A DNA stretch of 64,000 nt from Neoconidiobolus thromboides FSU 785 (taxonomy: Eukaryota > Fungi > Entomophthoromycota): NCBI GenBank assembly GCA_025603075.1, contig MU626270.1:62001-126000 (forward strand), given 5' to 3'. The notes below the pieces were generated by a model, which was not told where the DNA came from, ran no database searches, and saw nothing but the letters and a program-made list of their open reading frames with translations. Made by a program: the position numbers and the translations under genes. Below are positions 40,701 through 53,502 of this stretch, in pieces (the first letter of the stretch is position 1; each line of letters starts with the position of its first letter).

Positions 40701-41435
40701 ATTTAATAAGTCAATTGAATCTCAATTTTCGAAATTTAAAAAAGGATTTTATAAAGTTTGTGGAGGCAATGCATTATCGGTAAGTTAATAATAATAATAA
40801 TTTATAAGTATCAAAATTAAATCTATACAAGTTATTTCAGCCTTTAGAAATTGAATTATTGATTTGTGGTAATCCTTCCCCAATAAATTTAGAGGAGTTG
40901 ATGGCTGTAACGGACTATGATGGATATATAGCAGAAGATATAACTATTAAGTAAAATAGCTATAATTATATTTACAATAATAAGAATGATTTACAGTTAT
41001 TAGATTATTTTGGCAAATCCTTGATGAATTTAATGAAAAAGAGTTGAAGAAATTAATACAATTTATCACGGGTTCAGAGAGGTTACCTTTAAATGGAGTA
41101 ACAAATTTTAAGTTCAAAATTTCTTATTTAAGTGATGATGTGAGACTGTAAGTTTATAATAATTTCAGATTATTATTTTACTTTGTTTTTATTTTTATTT
41201 TTATTTTTATTTTTATTTTTATTTTTATTTTTATTTTTATTTTTATTTTTATTTTTATTTTTATTTGTTTGCCTATTATTAATATTACACTTATTTACAA
41301 TATTTTTATTTTAGATTACCCATAGCTCATACTTGTTTTAATCAATTATGTTTACCAAAATATTTAAATTATAATCATTTTAAACAAAAATTGATTTATT
41401 CAATTAGCGAATCAATAGGGTTTACATTGGTTTAA
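37767..41435 (+). CDS. HUL4: HECT E3 ubiquitin ligase, Hul4-like; many introns
   Basis: N-terminal C..C[12 protein letters not shown], [30 protein letters not shown] and catalytic [15 protein letters not shown]; stop at 41433-41435. The start is inferred. Confidence 0.8.
39921..39960. repeat. (TAATAACATA)x4 minisatellite in a HUL4 intron
   Basis: Four exact 10-bp units read directly. Confidence 0.9.
40137..40250. repeat. Compound (AAT)/(AATAT) microsatellite in a HUL4 intron
   Basis: About 115 bp containing only A and T, in AAT/AATAT units. Confidence 0.9.
41186..41266. repeat. (TTTTTA)n microsatellite in the last HUL4 intron
   Basis: About 13 tandem hexamer units. Confidence 0.9.
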
Positions 41436-41519
41436 TTATATCCTAATAAAAGCTTTATTTATTTATAATTATTATATTTTGTATTATTTTAAAAATATTT
41501 ATAAGCTTTGAAAAATAGA

Positions 41520-41626
41520 ATATGGGGATGTTTTTTTTGGCTTCATTATTTTTTCCATCTTTTAAGCGCTATTTGAGTAGAAAAATTGTTAGCAAAATTC
41601 TTAAACACAAAAATACATCCCCATAT
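41520..41626 (-). mobile_element. MITE copy 8 (near consensus)
   Basis: ATAT|GGGGATGT...ACATCCCC|ATAT, within a palindromic target context TAGA-ATAT-TCTA. Confidence 0.93.
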
Positions 41627-42297
41627 TCTAGTTTTTAATTAGGATAAAGTATATTTATATAAAATTCAGAGTTTCCAAATATAATAATAATATAATTTAT
41701 TAATACATTTTTATCATAATATTTATAGACAATGATAATATAAATATTTATTAAATGCGCTTCTATTATGATGCTTATAAATAATAGTAATTAAAATTAT
41801 TAAATGCTTTTTTATCATATTATTCATTCCTTACTCTTAGATTATAGTACTATGAAATTTTATAAAACCACTATTTCAACAGATATAAATAGACCCAAGA
41901 TTTATTCATTTAACATCTAATTTTGTCACTATTAATTATCATTTATAATCATTTATAATATTTATTAAAGTTAAACTCAATATCAAAAAAAGTAAGATGG
42001 TTTAGGGATATCATTACAACTATTCAATTTAGTTTAAAATATTACATTTTAATTTATTACAAAGTTTATTATAAACTAAACAACTAGAAGGCTCTACCTT
42101 TAAAAAAATAAGAGAAGAAAAGAGGTTGAATTTAGGGGGAAAAGATAAGCCGAAGCTGAAGAAGAAAAAAAGTTGAAAAAGAAGTTGGAAGAGAAAAGTT
42201 AAATCAGGGTCAGAAAATAAAAAGGAAGAGGGGGGATATATGAGTTATCAAACAACTGAGAGAAAGAAAATATCAGATTATTAATTAGATATTATAT

Positions 42298-45031
42298 CTA
42301 ACTAACTTTCTTCGAATTAAAAAATAATTTAATTCTACTAAACAACCCATTAATCGATTCTTTTCTCTTTTTATCATTCTTAATATTTTCCTTTTTAATA
42401 CTCCCTTTGTATCCCAAAGTATTCTTATTATTATGATTTGTTGTAGTACTAGTACTATCATAACTATGATTTAAGTTTAATTGGTTTTTGAGGTTAATTT
42501 TATTTGGAGTAGCTGGATGTGAATAAGTTACAAAAAATTTATCATTTGAATTGTTATTTTGATCAAGTTCTTTTGTATAATTGGAAGTTAAATTAAAAGC
42601 CAATGCTGGATTATTATTAGGACTCTTTGGACTCATTGGTTTAATTTTAAAACTTAATTTACGATTTAATTTTTTATTACTATTTTTTCGACTTGTAGTT
42701 TGACTATTAGTTAAACTCAAATTAGTTTTATACTGATAATTATTATAATTATTCATACTTAAATAATCAGAATGTGTTTCAAATTGATCCCAAGAACTTG
42801 ATAATCTATTAATTGTAGTATCATTTGCTATATCACTAAATGTATTCTCAATAAATTGTTGAAATTCATTATCTTTATAATGATTTCCACTGATATTTGG
42901 ACTTAACGAAGAAGCAGTAGTAGAAGAAGACATTTCCTTATTACCAATAGTTAAACTTAATCCTCTTTTATGTTGTCGAATATTACTATTATTACTACTA
43001 TTACTATTACTATAAATTCCACTTCCACTTCCACTTCCACTTCCTTTTTTTATATTGATAAATTCTTTTGATAAAATATTGGACATTCTTCTTAAGCCTG
43101 ATACAAGTTTACTTGGTTTACGAAAATGATTTTTTTCTCTTTTGTTATATTCTTTTAATCGAAGTGGGGATTTTATTGGAGAAGTACTATTATCTACCAT
43201 CTTAGGTTCATTATTCGATAATGAAATTGGAAATGTAGCTAATTCTGAAGAATCTAAAATATCATATAAAGAGTGACGTCGATTATAATTATAATTAGTA
43301 GGATTATTTGTAATATCAAAAGTATCATATGTTTGATTATGTTTATCAAAATTAAAGTAGATTTCAGAGGCTCTCCTTTTATTACTACTATTATTACTAA
43401 TCCTCTTACTATTAATACTTAATCTTTTGATTTCCATTTCATTATGATAAAATTTAGGTGGTGGAGCAAACAATTGGAATTCTTTCTTTTGTAGATAAAA
43501 TGGTACTGGTTTATGATTATTGTTAGTATCTTCTTCATCTATTTGATCATTATTAGATTGATTTTGATTTTGATTTAAATTTGGTAAGTTATTTAAGGAA
43601 CAAAAAGAAGATGTTTCATTCTGTGGATAATCAAAACACATAGATAATGTAGAAGATTCATTATTATTTGTATTATAAATAATAGAATGTGGATCACTTA
43701 ATTTATCACTTGAATAAGATAAATTAAAATTATCTTCTAATTCTATTTGTTGATTAATTTCATTATTAATAATAATCTCTTCCTCTTCTAAATCCTCTTC
43801 TGAAGATGATATAAAGCCATTAATGAAAGGAGAAATAGTACCGTTACCATTGATATTAGGTAATTCTAATGAATGATTAGAAAAATCGATTTGAGTAATT
43901 TCTTTTGGAAAATAAGGATAAGAAATAGATAAATCAACATTTTGATTATTATTACTACAAGTAAAACTAAAAAAGGGATGATCTAATGCTTCTGCTGCAG
44001 TAAGTCTTAAAGTTGGATCATATTGTAATAAACTAACAATAAATTGTAGACAAGTAGTATCATAATAAGTATATGCTTGTAATATTGATTTTAAACTTCC
44101 TTCTTCTACTTTTGGAAATCGAATATCATGAATAGAAGCTAATTGTATTCCAAGTGTCCATTTACCACCTAAAGAAAAAGATTCTGTTGGTGAGCCCAAT
44201 ACATTACACATTAAAAATATTTGATCATTATCATTTTTTCCAGGAAATAAAGGTTTTAATGTCATTAATTCAGAAGCTATTGCACCTAAAGCCCATAAGT
44301 CTATTGATGAATCATAGCTCTGAGATCCAAAAAATACTTCTGGTGCTCGATACCAACTGGTACTAACATACTTTGATAATCTCTTTGAACCTGAGTTCAA
44401 TTCTCTAACTAATCCGAAATCAGCTATTTTAACTTTATTTCCAGACACTAATATATTTTCTGGTTTAATATCCCGATGAAAAAATCCAGAGTTATGCAAA
44501 TAATTTAAACCTATCAAAGTCTCCTTTCTATATGAATATTAAGTTATCAGTATTGTATTATTATGAAATAGTATATATTAGTTACAATATAAATTGAATT
44601 AATGATAAAGGAAATGGAGCTCCTCTACGGTTAGCAATAACTTCATATAAGTTGTAATCCATTAATTCAAATACAAAATATAGTCCATTTCCTTTTTGTA
44701 CAAAATCCATTAAAGTTATTATATTTGGGTGTGATAGTGCGTTTAAAGCCTAGCGACTAAGATTAATATTTTTGTGGATTATAAGAGATTGTTATGTAAT
44801 TACTTTAACTTCTCGATTTTTCTTTTTTTGATTTAATTCATAGAATTTTTTATGGACTTTTTTGATAGCTACCTAAAAAGTATACAATTTAGTATATAAT
44901 ATACATGTTTATAGAGTTTGTAATTATCAACTGTTAATATTTACCTTATTGTCATTTTCTTTATCCACAGCTTCAAATACAGAACCAAATGCCCCCGAAT
45001 TGATTTGTTTCTTTATCTCATATCGATTCAT
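42298..45031 (-). CDS. MAK/ICK/Ime2 (RCK)-type Ser/Thr kinase with a divergent activation loop and a long N/S-rich tail; spliced at the 5' end
   Basis: MNRYEIKKQINSGAFGSV, VAIKK, YFVFELMDYNLY, FFHRDIKPEN, KIADFGL, YVSTSWYRAPE and PLFPGKNDNDQI. Confidence 0.85.
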
Positions 45032-47446
45032 AACATGCAATAATTTTTTATATTATAATAATAATAATAATAATAATAATTTATAAAATAATAAGCTAAA
45101 AAGATTGAAAAAGATTAAAAAATTAAAATAAATTCATACCACTTCTTTTATTTTAATCTAAAGTTTTGACTCTTTTAGGTTAACTTTTTATTCTTAGTTA
45201 AATAGAATATTAGCCAATTAAAGCGACTGGTTTCACTTTTTACTTTTAGCATGGTGTAAAAAGTAAGTTGGCATTATGGACTTGCAAAAGCTATTATTAG
45301 AATTTTCCGTTTTTTGTCATTTTAACCTATTCCTTAAATAATATCCACTATACAATAATAATAAAATAAATATAATAATGTCATAATAATGAATCATATT
45401 TAATAGAATAATCAAAATAGACCCTCCTTAAAAATCGTACAATTTTTAATCTATTTTCCCTTTAAATTTTAATGCTTAAATCTCAATCTTTCTCCTTTTT
45501 TTAATCATTAAATCTAAATAGAAACTAATTTAAAATGATTTTACCCCTACAATAAATAGTTCTAGCTTTTTCTCAAAATAAATTTAATTCAACCAATTAA
45601 AGATTCTCTTTATTGTATTATTTTCTGTGTCCTCCTTTTTACCACTAACGAATTTATTAGTTTTTGAATTTTAACAGATAATATTATGGGAATAAGAGAA
45701 GACTATTAATAGTTTTTTATACTTTTATTTATTTTATTGACTCTCAGAAATGATAGCTTATTTCATAACAAATCTTTAATAGTTAAAGATAAAGATAAAG
45801 ATAAAGATATTATTTGTCTTATAATAAAATATTAACATTTTAAAATAAAGATTTAAAAACATCATAAGCTAATGAAAAAGAATTATGGCAAAAATAAATA
45901 TTAAATTAGTTGGTAATTTGATATTAAAATGATGTGGTTAAAAGTTATCATCTTGCGTTAATCATGTTAGATTAAAAATTAATAAAACGTTATTTTTAAT
46001 TTTTCATAAAATTTATGGTGGTTTAATATTATTAAACTGGATATTATTGGAATCTATTTGAAATACTTATTCATAAAAATTTATTAGATCTCAATTTTAT
46101 TTTAATAATTAATTTTGTATATCTTTTTTCGCTTTCTTTTTACCGGTTTTATTTTATACATATATATATCTTTTATTCCAGTGTTTGGTATGTTACATAT
46201 TTTAATAAGTATACTTTTTATGTTTACTTTTGACAGATCAAGTTTTGGTTCAATTCGTAGATAAATGTTAGTATCACATGATAGATTACTATTGAAAAAA
46301 AAGAGTAGCTTTTTTCAATAAAATATACTTATTTTTAGATTGTTTTTATTTTATATAATTAAGTAGTTATCATATATTGCTAAAAGAATGTTAAAAAAGT
46401 AAATATTAAATAATAAAATATTTATTAATAAGCTATAAGGTATTTTTTAAGTAATCTAGCTTTTTGGGCAATTCCATTCCTCTAAGGGTATAGAGTTCAT
46501 TTCAACTTTTATCTAAAAATTATTTTACTTTCAGACATAAAAAATATTTGTAATTAATGACCTTGGAATTAATTTTAGCCCAAGTCAAATTAAAAGCTTT
46601 AAATATAGAGGGTAATTTATAAAATCATTCTTATTAAAGCTGTGTAAGATTTTTATTACCATTTCACTTTAAAATTTCATGGCTGATTAAAAAGGTATTT
46701 GGTAATAATATTTGGCACAGTTTATGCCAATTTTCTTAAAGCTTATCGTTTTTTTCAATAATAATTTGCTAATTTGATGCCAAAACTTATCTGTCACTTA
46801 GTACCAAACTTGATCTACCAAAGGTGAATGTAAAAATATGTTTATAAAAATACGTAACATGCTAAACATTTGGATAAAAGGTGTACAAATAATCGAATTT
46901 TCAGGTTTATATTATCTTAATTGGAGAAAGTTTAAAAGACCTCCCCCCTCAATTTAAAACTTTAATTAGTTTTAAATTGAGTTTCATTATTTTTTTATAG
47001 TTTTTCTAATAAAAATAAAAATATTCATTTTGTTTTAATTTTTATTGTTAATATTGTATAAATTCATTAATATAAGATTAGTTTAACTTCTATGAGTTAA
47101 ACCATGACCTTATCTTAAATATCAACTCAATTTTTTGGCAATTAAACCTCTCCAAAAGATTTTTATAAAAATTGTTTTAGTTAGTTTCAACACCAAGAGT
47201 TATGAATTATTCAACTTTGAAACAATTGTAACTTTTATAAATCTATTTTGTCCAAATTTAAATCATTCATTGATTGACGCTTTTATCTTTTTTTTTGTAA
47301 ATATTTTTCCTATTTTAATTCTAAAATGAATCAATTGAAATTAGTAAATGAACCATTTTAATTATAAAATGATCTAATTTGATTTCCAGCTTTAATGCAT
47401 AAACTATAAATTTCAATGAATATAATTAAGTTTAAAAAAAATTAGT

Positions 47447-47565
47447 ATATGGGGATATATTTTTGTATTTAAGAATTTACTAATAACTTTTTACTAATAA
47501 CTTTTCCACTCAAATAGCGCTTAAAAGATAGAAAAAGTAATGAAGTCAAAAAAACATCTCCATAT
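47447..47565 (+). mobile_element. MITE copy 9 (internal tandem duplication)
   Basis: ATAT|GGGGATAT...ACATCTCC|ATAT, with TACTAATAACTTTT duplicated. Confidence 0.92.
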
Positions 47566-48508
47566 TTTTATTTTAAAGTAGATTCCAATGTCACATAATA
47601 ACTAGTGTTAAGATAATAATACTAAATTAAAGATATGATTAATAGTATAATAATTAAATAAGTATAACAAAAGATATTTATTATTAAACATAAAAAGGTA
47701 GGACAAAAACATTTAAATTATAAAATAGTTATCAATATTTCAATCATTATCTATTAAAACAATTGATAAGAAAACAAAATCGTTGCTTTTATTATTACTA
47801 CCCCTATTGCTATTTTTAAAGGTATAAGTAATTATTACGAATTTAGGTATACTTGAAGGAGAACCAATTAAAGGTGTAAAACTTTAGTTACTTGATTATC
47901 AGGTTACTTTGTCTTATTCTAGTAATATACTTCTATTTTATATCTGGATTGATGTATTTAAGACAGAATATTAATTTACTTAACACAGTTCATTTTTTTA
48001 TAGAGCTAAGCTAAATAAGCTTGAAACACTTCCCTTAATTTATTGTCCTTTACTGGATCACAATCTTATTCATTTTTCTTTTGATCTCTCTTATTAAATT
48101 TTACTCAAGGATAAACCATTCATATATCATACATTGTTTTAATATATATATAAAAGCGTTGATTATAGATCTAAGATATTTCTTAAATTGTAAAAGTCTT
48201 ATAAGATAAAAAACACATATTTACTACCAATTCTTATCTATCCACCATTTTCTCATTACTTTCCACTATCTATAGCAGGATGATATTATTAATCACTCCT
48301 TGCTATTTATTAAAGTCAATATAGCGATTTACTTTGATTTGATTTTTTAAAATTATTATTTATAATTAACTCATTAATTTACTTATTGTATCGTTGAACT
48401 AGTTATTAAATTAAAGTCATTATTGATAGTTATCATGCATAAAAACAATATAAATCTAAGTATTTTATTGTAAAAATAGTATATAGGGGTAAGAGGTAAA
48501 CTATTGTT

Positions 48509-48745
48509 TCAAGTTTGGGTAGCAAGAAGAGCTGCAGCTGGAGGAGCAGGTGGTGGTGGATTAACTATAGGAGGTATAAATGGTGCTAAAGCTTTATTTT
48601 TATGGTCTTTGAGCCTTTTAACTAAAACATCGATTGGCCTAGAAATATTAATAGGTTCAGAAGCGCTTAAGTTCTTACATCTTGGACAGTGACTGGTACA
48701 GCAAAGGTAATAGCAATAACGAGAACAACTAAATTTAGTCTTCAT
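48509..48745 (-). pseudogene. Doubly frameshifted paralog of the 49723-49971 secreted Pro-rich protein (reading frame still open, 78 aa)
   Basis: Removing one T at codon 5 gives MKTKLVVLVIAITFAVPVTVQD, against the paralog's MNTKLIALFIATIFAAPAIVRD. A 1-nt loss near codons 23-26 restores the frame (DVLVKRLKD vs DALSKGLAE; PPIVNPP). Confidence 0.65.
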
Positions 48746-49503
48746 TTGTGCTTATTTTAATATGTGTTATTAGTTTTACTATGATGATTATTTGAAAAGT
48801 TAAAATAATGATTTTATTTTAATATTTTATATACAATATCTAGTGCCCTTGATTTCATTAATTAATTCCGTTATACCCTTTTATTATAGTTTTAACCTAA
48901 TATTGCATTCTTAATCTTAACTTATTTTTTAATAAGTAACTTTAAATTCTATTTTAACACCCTTTAAACTTCAAAATACTCTCATTTTTGAAGCATTTTA
49001 TCTTCAAAATCCTGATAAAAACCCTTAAAGGGAAGTTTTAGTGAAATCCCACTTCATAGTTATCGGATTATTGTCAATAAAGATTTTGCTTGTATTGCAC
49101 TCTTGAGGCGCAAAAAAAGACTATTTGAACTAATAAAGGATAAACTGTAACCATTAGCTTTTCTATAATAAATACCGAGTTATTTATTCTTTTTATTGGT
49201 ACCATTTTTACTATACCTGCTTCATCTTTTAGTGGCGAGGTTAAACCTTGTTTATTATTTATACTATTATCATCATTCTTTTCGCTGTTTTGTCCTTTAA
49301 TATCGTCATTTTTTTAATTTGATCCCTTAACTTTAATACATACTATCATACCAAACACTAAAAAAGATATTATTACTATAGTATATGTTAATCGTCTACT
49401 TTTAATGCTTAAATACTGAAAGTTATTTAGGCATTATATTAACAAAATAATAATACATTAGTCTTACAAAATTTTTATCGACAAATTAAAAGTATACTTT
49501 AAA

Positions 49504-49608
49504 ATATGAGAATATTTTTTTGGTTTCATTACTTTTCCATTTTTCAAGTGCTATTTGAGTGAAAAAATTGTTAGTAAAATTGCTGAGCAAAAAAATACAT
49601 CCCCATAT
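49504..49608 (-). mobile_element. MITE copy 10
   Basis: ATAT|GAGAATAT...ACATCCCC|ATAT. Confidence 0.9.
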
Positions 49609-49722
49609 ATTAACTGCTAAATTATTGTTTGTTACATTGAGTTAAAAATTAATTAAATTTTAGTTGAGTTTGTATGTTTATTATAGATAATAATATATAT
49701 GAAGTAATAAGAATCTATTCCT

Positions 49723-49971
49723 TTAAGGCTTAGCAGCTGGAGGAGTAAGCGATGGAGGATTAGCGGCTGGGGGATTAGCAATTGGGGGATTAGCAATTGG
49801 GGGATTAGCAGCTGGTGGATCGACTGGCGTTGGAGTTGTATCTGGCTGCTCTGCTAGCCCTTTAGATAAGGCATCAAAGAAATCAGAAACACCAAAATCA
49901 TCCCCATCTCGAACAATGGCTGGAGCAGCAAATATGGTAGCAATAAAAAGAGCAATTAATTTAGTATTCAT
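49723..49971 (-). CDS. Small secreted Pro-rich protein with P(A/I)ANP repeats
   Basis: 82 aa. Signal peptide with a typical FA|AP cleavage, an acidic amphipathic segment, and four tandem PP(A/I)AN units. Confidence 0.75.
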   Translation of the reverse strand: MNTKLIALFIATIFAAPAIVRDGDDFGVSDFFDALSKGLAEQPDTTPTPVDPPAANPPIANPPIANPPAANPPSLTPPAAKP

Positions 49972-51322
49972 TGTTGATTTGTTTAGTAGATAGTATTTAA
50001 TAAGTAGGAGTTTTTATTTGATAATTTCAGAAGATTACCTTAACTTCTCTTTTATATTTAATGTTTGCTGTTTTTTATTACATCAATTTAATAGCGTTGT
50101 ATGTTTTTATCATAGCTTTAACTCAATATAATTTTCCTAATGTCAACTACAACTACTATGTTGTATTTCCCTTTATTTTAAAATTGAATATGTAATCTTT
50201 CGTTATTTCTAAACAGCTATTGTTTCATTGCTCACTTTAAAAATACTTTATGACTATTATTACGTTATTAGGCATTATTACGTTATTAAGTATTATTATA
50301 TTATCATTTATATTAGTTCTAGAAATGTAGATTTTATAAAAATATCTAACTTCGTTACTACATTCCAAATTGATTTATCCCAAAAAGGCTAATTAAAAGA
50401 CTGAAGATTTTCTTTTCAAAAACAATCGTTTTTTAAGGTAGATAGAAGTTTTATTCTTATTATTATACAGAAATTACAATTTAAACTTTTTTTCTTTCTA
50501 TATTTCTTGTTAATTGGTAAGTGTTGTTTGAAAATTAATACCTAATTACTATTATTAGTATTAATATTCAAATTCGCATTTGGTGATTTAATACTTAAAA
50601 TAATTATTAGAAACAAAGAAGTTTTGATCTTTGACTTTCAATCCTTAGATTTATATTAAAATATAAGGTGTTAGCTTTCGAGATAAATGTTTAGGTAATA
50701 GTTTAAGCAGTAAAAGTAATGTAGATAAACAGGGGACATAGTTTTAGTATATATTGCTGATTGATTTAATAAATGGAGATTTTTAATAATAAGATTTATC
50801 TAAAACCTTAAAAACATTGTTTTATTTTAATATTTTGAATTTAAAATTATGTATTCTTTATTTTATAAATTTAATATAGTATATCCTTTTTTATGACTTT
50901 AATCTTATAATATATCTCTAATTGTAAGATAGATAAAGAATATTTATCAAATATGATATTCTTTGAATTTTACATATATTTTATTTTTATTTAAGTATTT
51001 TGTTTTATTTTCTTTATGGATTTCTATATTCTTAAAATATCGTCAGATATACAACATTAAATCACGTTTAATATTGTATTATAGTTTATTGAATACTCAT
51101 TTGTTTAAAATATGGTTGTGTTTATTATTATCATTTTAAATTTCAGTTTATAAGTATAGAGATAATTAAAAGGACAAGGGGTTATCCATATAATGACTAT
51201 AGTATTGTATTTTTCAGCTAAGAGTTAATTTAAACCAAGGTTTTGCTTTTCCCAGCTTAATTTATTGGAAAAAAACAATTGGGTACAAAGAGTATGGAAA
51301 TAATAATTGATGATTTTCTTTA

Positions 51323-51418
51323 AGAAATTGGTTCCTAGAGCAGAGATAGTTCAGATTTGCTAATTAGTTTTGAATAACAGGAAAAATAAGCCTTAGTGAT
51401 GCTTTTAGCTGGTGTCCC
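51323..51418 (+). mobile_element. Possible Ty3/gypsy pol relic (RNase H C-terminal end)
   Basis: RNWFLEQR*FRFAN*F*ITGKISLSDAFSWCP resembles the RW..EL.EFDF.I.Y.PGK.N..ADALSR pattern; three in-frame stops. Confidence 0.3.
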
Positions 51419-53395
51419 TCAACTTGATAAACTCCCTTCATTATCTCATGGTTCAGATTATTTTGGTATTGAGCTAAAATGAACAGTGAGGATAGTATTA
51501 AAGGATGGGATTTAAATTTCATAATCCACAAGTGAATTTCGTAGATAAGACGTTGAGAATTTAATACGATTTAAGAGAAGAAATAAATAGTTTGATAATG
51601 GAAATAGAACACATTGATATTTCATTCTATTTTTGTATAAAAACGAAGAAATAAGAAGGGAAATAAATAACCATTATACAAAGAAAGGGAAATCAACGAT
51701 TGACTATCTTAAGCTAGTTCAATAAAATCAAAAGATGACATTTGATAAATTAGAATCAAATACAGATAGCTTTGTTAATTTTTTATTGAGTCAATTGAAA
51801 TTTAATGAGCACTCGGCGTTTATTAAGATCCTGTAGGGGTTATTATTTTGAGATTTATTCTGAGATTTATTTCGATATTGTAATATCTGCTATAAAGTAT
51901 AGTATTGAAAAACACGATAAAGTGATATTAATTGATAAAGACAAGTATTTAAAAAACATTGGTGATAAAGCAATATATGAAGAATGACAGATTGCTAGTG
52001 GAATCATTGGGACAGTATGTAATAATATGATAAGGAACCGTTAAAAGGATTTAATAAAGCTGACGAAATGATTTACCTTATAAGAGTTATTGGGACTGAA
52101 TTTGTATTTTATGAATATTTTATTGATACTGAATATATGTACCCTTTAGTCAAAAACTTTCTTCACCCATCCACTACTACTAAAAGATATCCAAATGACC
52201 AAAGAATCTATTTTCCAGTCATTACAACTATTTAGATCCTACTCAGCATAAAATAATTGTTGATATTTTATTCAAGTTAAAGAGTGGTACTTATAAATTA
52301 AAAGTGATTATCAGAAGCCAGAAAAAGTATCGATTTAAAAGAATCTTTGAATTTTCAACTGTTGTATTCATCAAAATCTACTACCTACAGCCCTATTCTT
52401 TTTTCTTTACGGTTTTTGAGTTAATTCTTTCTTATTTCAATAAAACCGGCTTTTGACTCAATTTGATTTCGCTGTAATCCTTTTCTACTTTATTGTAATT
52501 CTATTACTATTTAACAAAAATATTCTACTTTTTCTATTGGAGTTCAAAGTTTTAAATAAACTATTTAAACATTACACAAACAAACATTTTACCTATAAGG
52601 AGTTTTAACAAAGACCGAAGGAAGGGATAGATACACACAACCACTTTTTGTTTATACTAGCAACTTAAATCCTATACGTCCAACTTAAAAACCTGATTGA
52701 AACTGGGACTGTTGAAGAATATTACAACTTAAATACCAATCCATAATCCAATATTAAAAAAATAACTATAATACTGGAAATTTTCTTATTAAAATTGATA
52801 AGTTAATAATTTGTTTGACTTAAGCCATAACCCGATAATATTAGTAATATTATAGAGAGGTAATTTAGTTGATTGATCTGTATGCTATTTTCATTAATTT
52901 TTATTGTTGTATTATTACATCATAAATATTAGAATTAAAAATTTACTATATTTAGTAAATTTTATTTTATTAGAAAAATCAAAGTCAATTAAATCTAAGA
53001 ACAATTGAAGATTTATTACAATTTTAGATTATAATCCATAATCCGATTTGAGTTAAATTAACTATGACGTTGGAAAATTTATTGATAGTTAATGAGTTGA
53101 TAATTCAAAATTCATGCCATGATCTGGTAGTTTAATATTGAATAAAGTATTGCTTTAATCAATTTGTTTATTTAACATTTTATCAACCTTATTATTGTTT
53201 ATCAGATTATTAACAAAAACATTAAAAAAATTACTAAAAATAGTAAATTTCTATTAATTAATAACTATCTTTATTTTGAACTATTTTTTAGCGTTTATCC
53301 ATTATTTGTCATTTGTTATTTTTCATTTTTCATTTGTCATTTAATATTGACTCTATACCTATCATAAAGATATCAATACTACATATGAAATAAAC

Positions 53396-53502
53396 ATTTA
53401 GGGATGTATTTTTGTGTTTAAGAATTTTACTAACAATTTTCCCGCTCAAATAACGCTTAAAAGATGAAAAAAGTGATGAAGCCAAAAAAAACAACCTCAC
53501 TT
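53396..53502 (+). mobile_element. MITE copy 11
   Basis: ATTT|AGGGATGT...ACAACCTC|ACTT (TSD with one mismatch). Confidence 0.9.
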
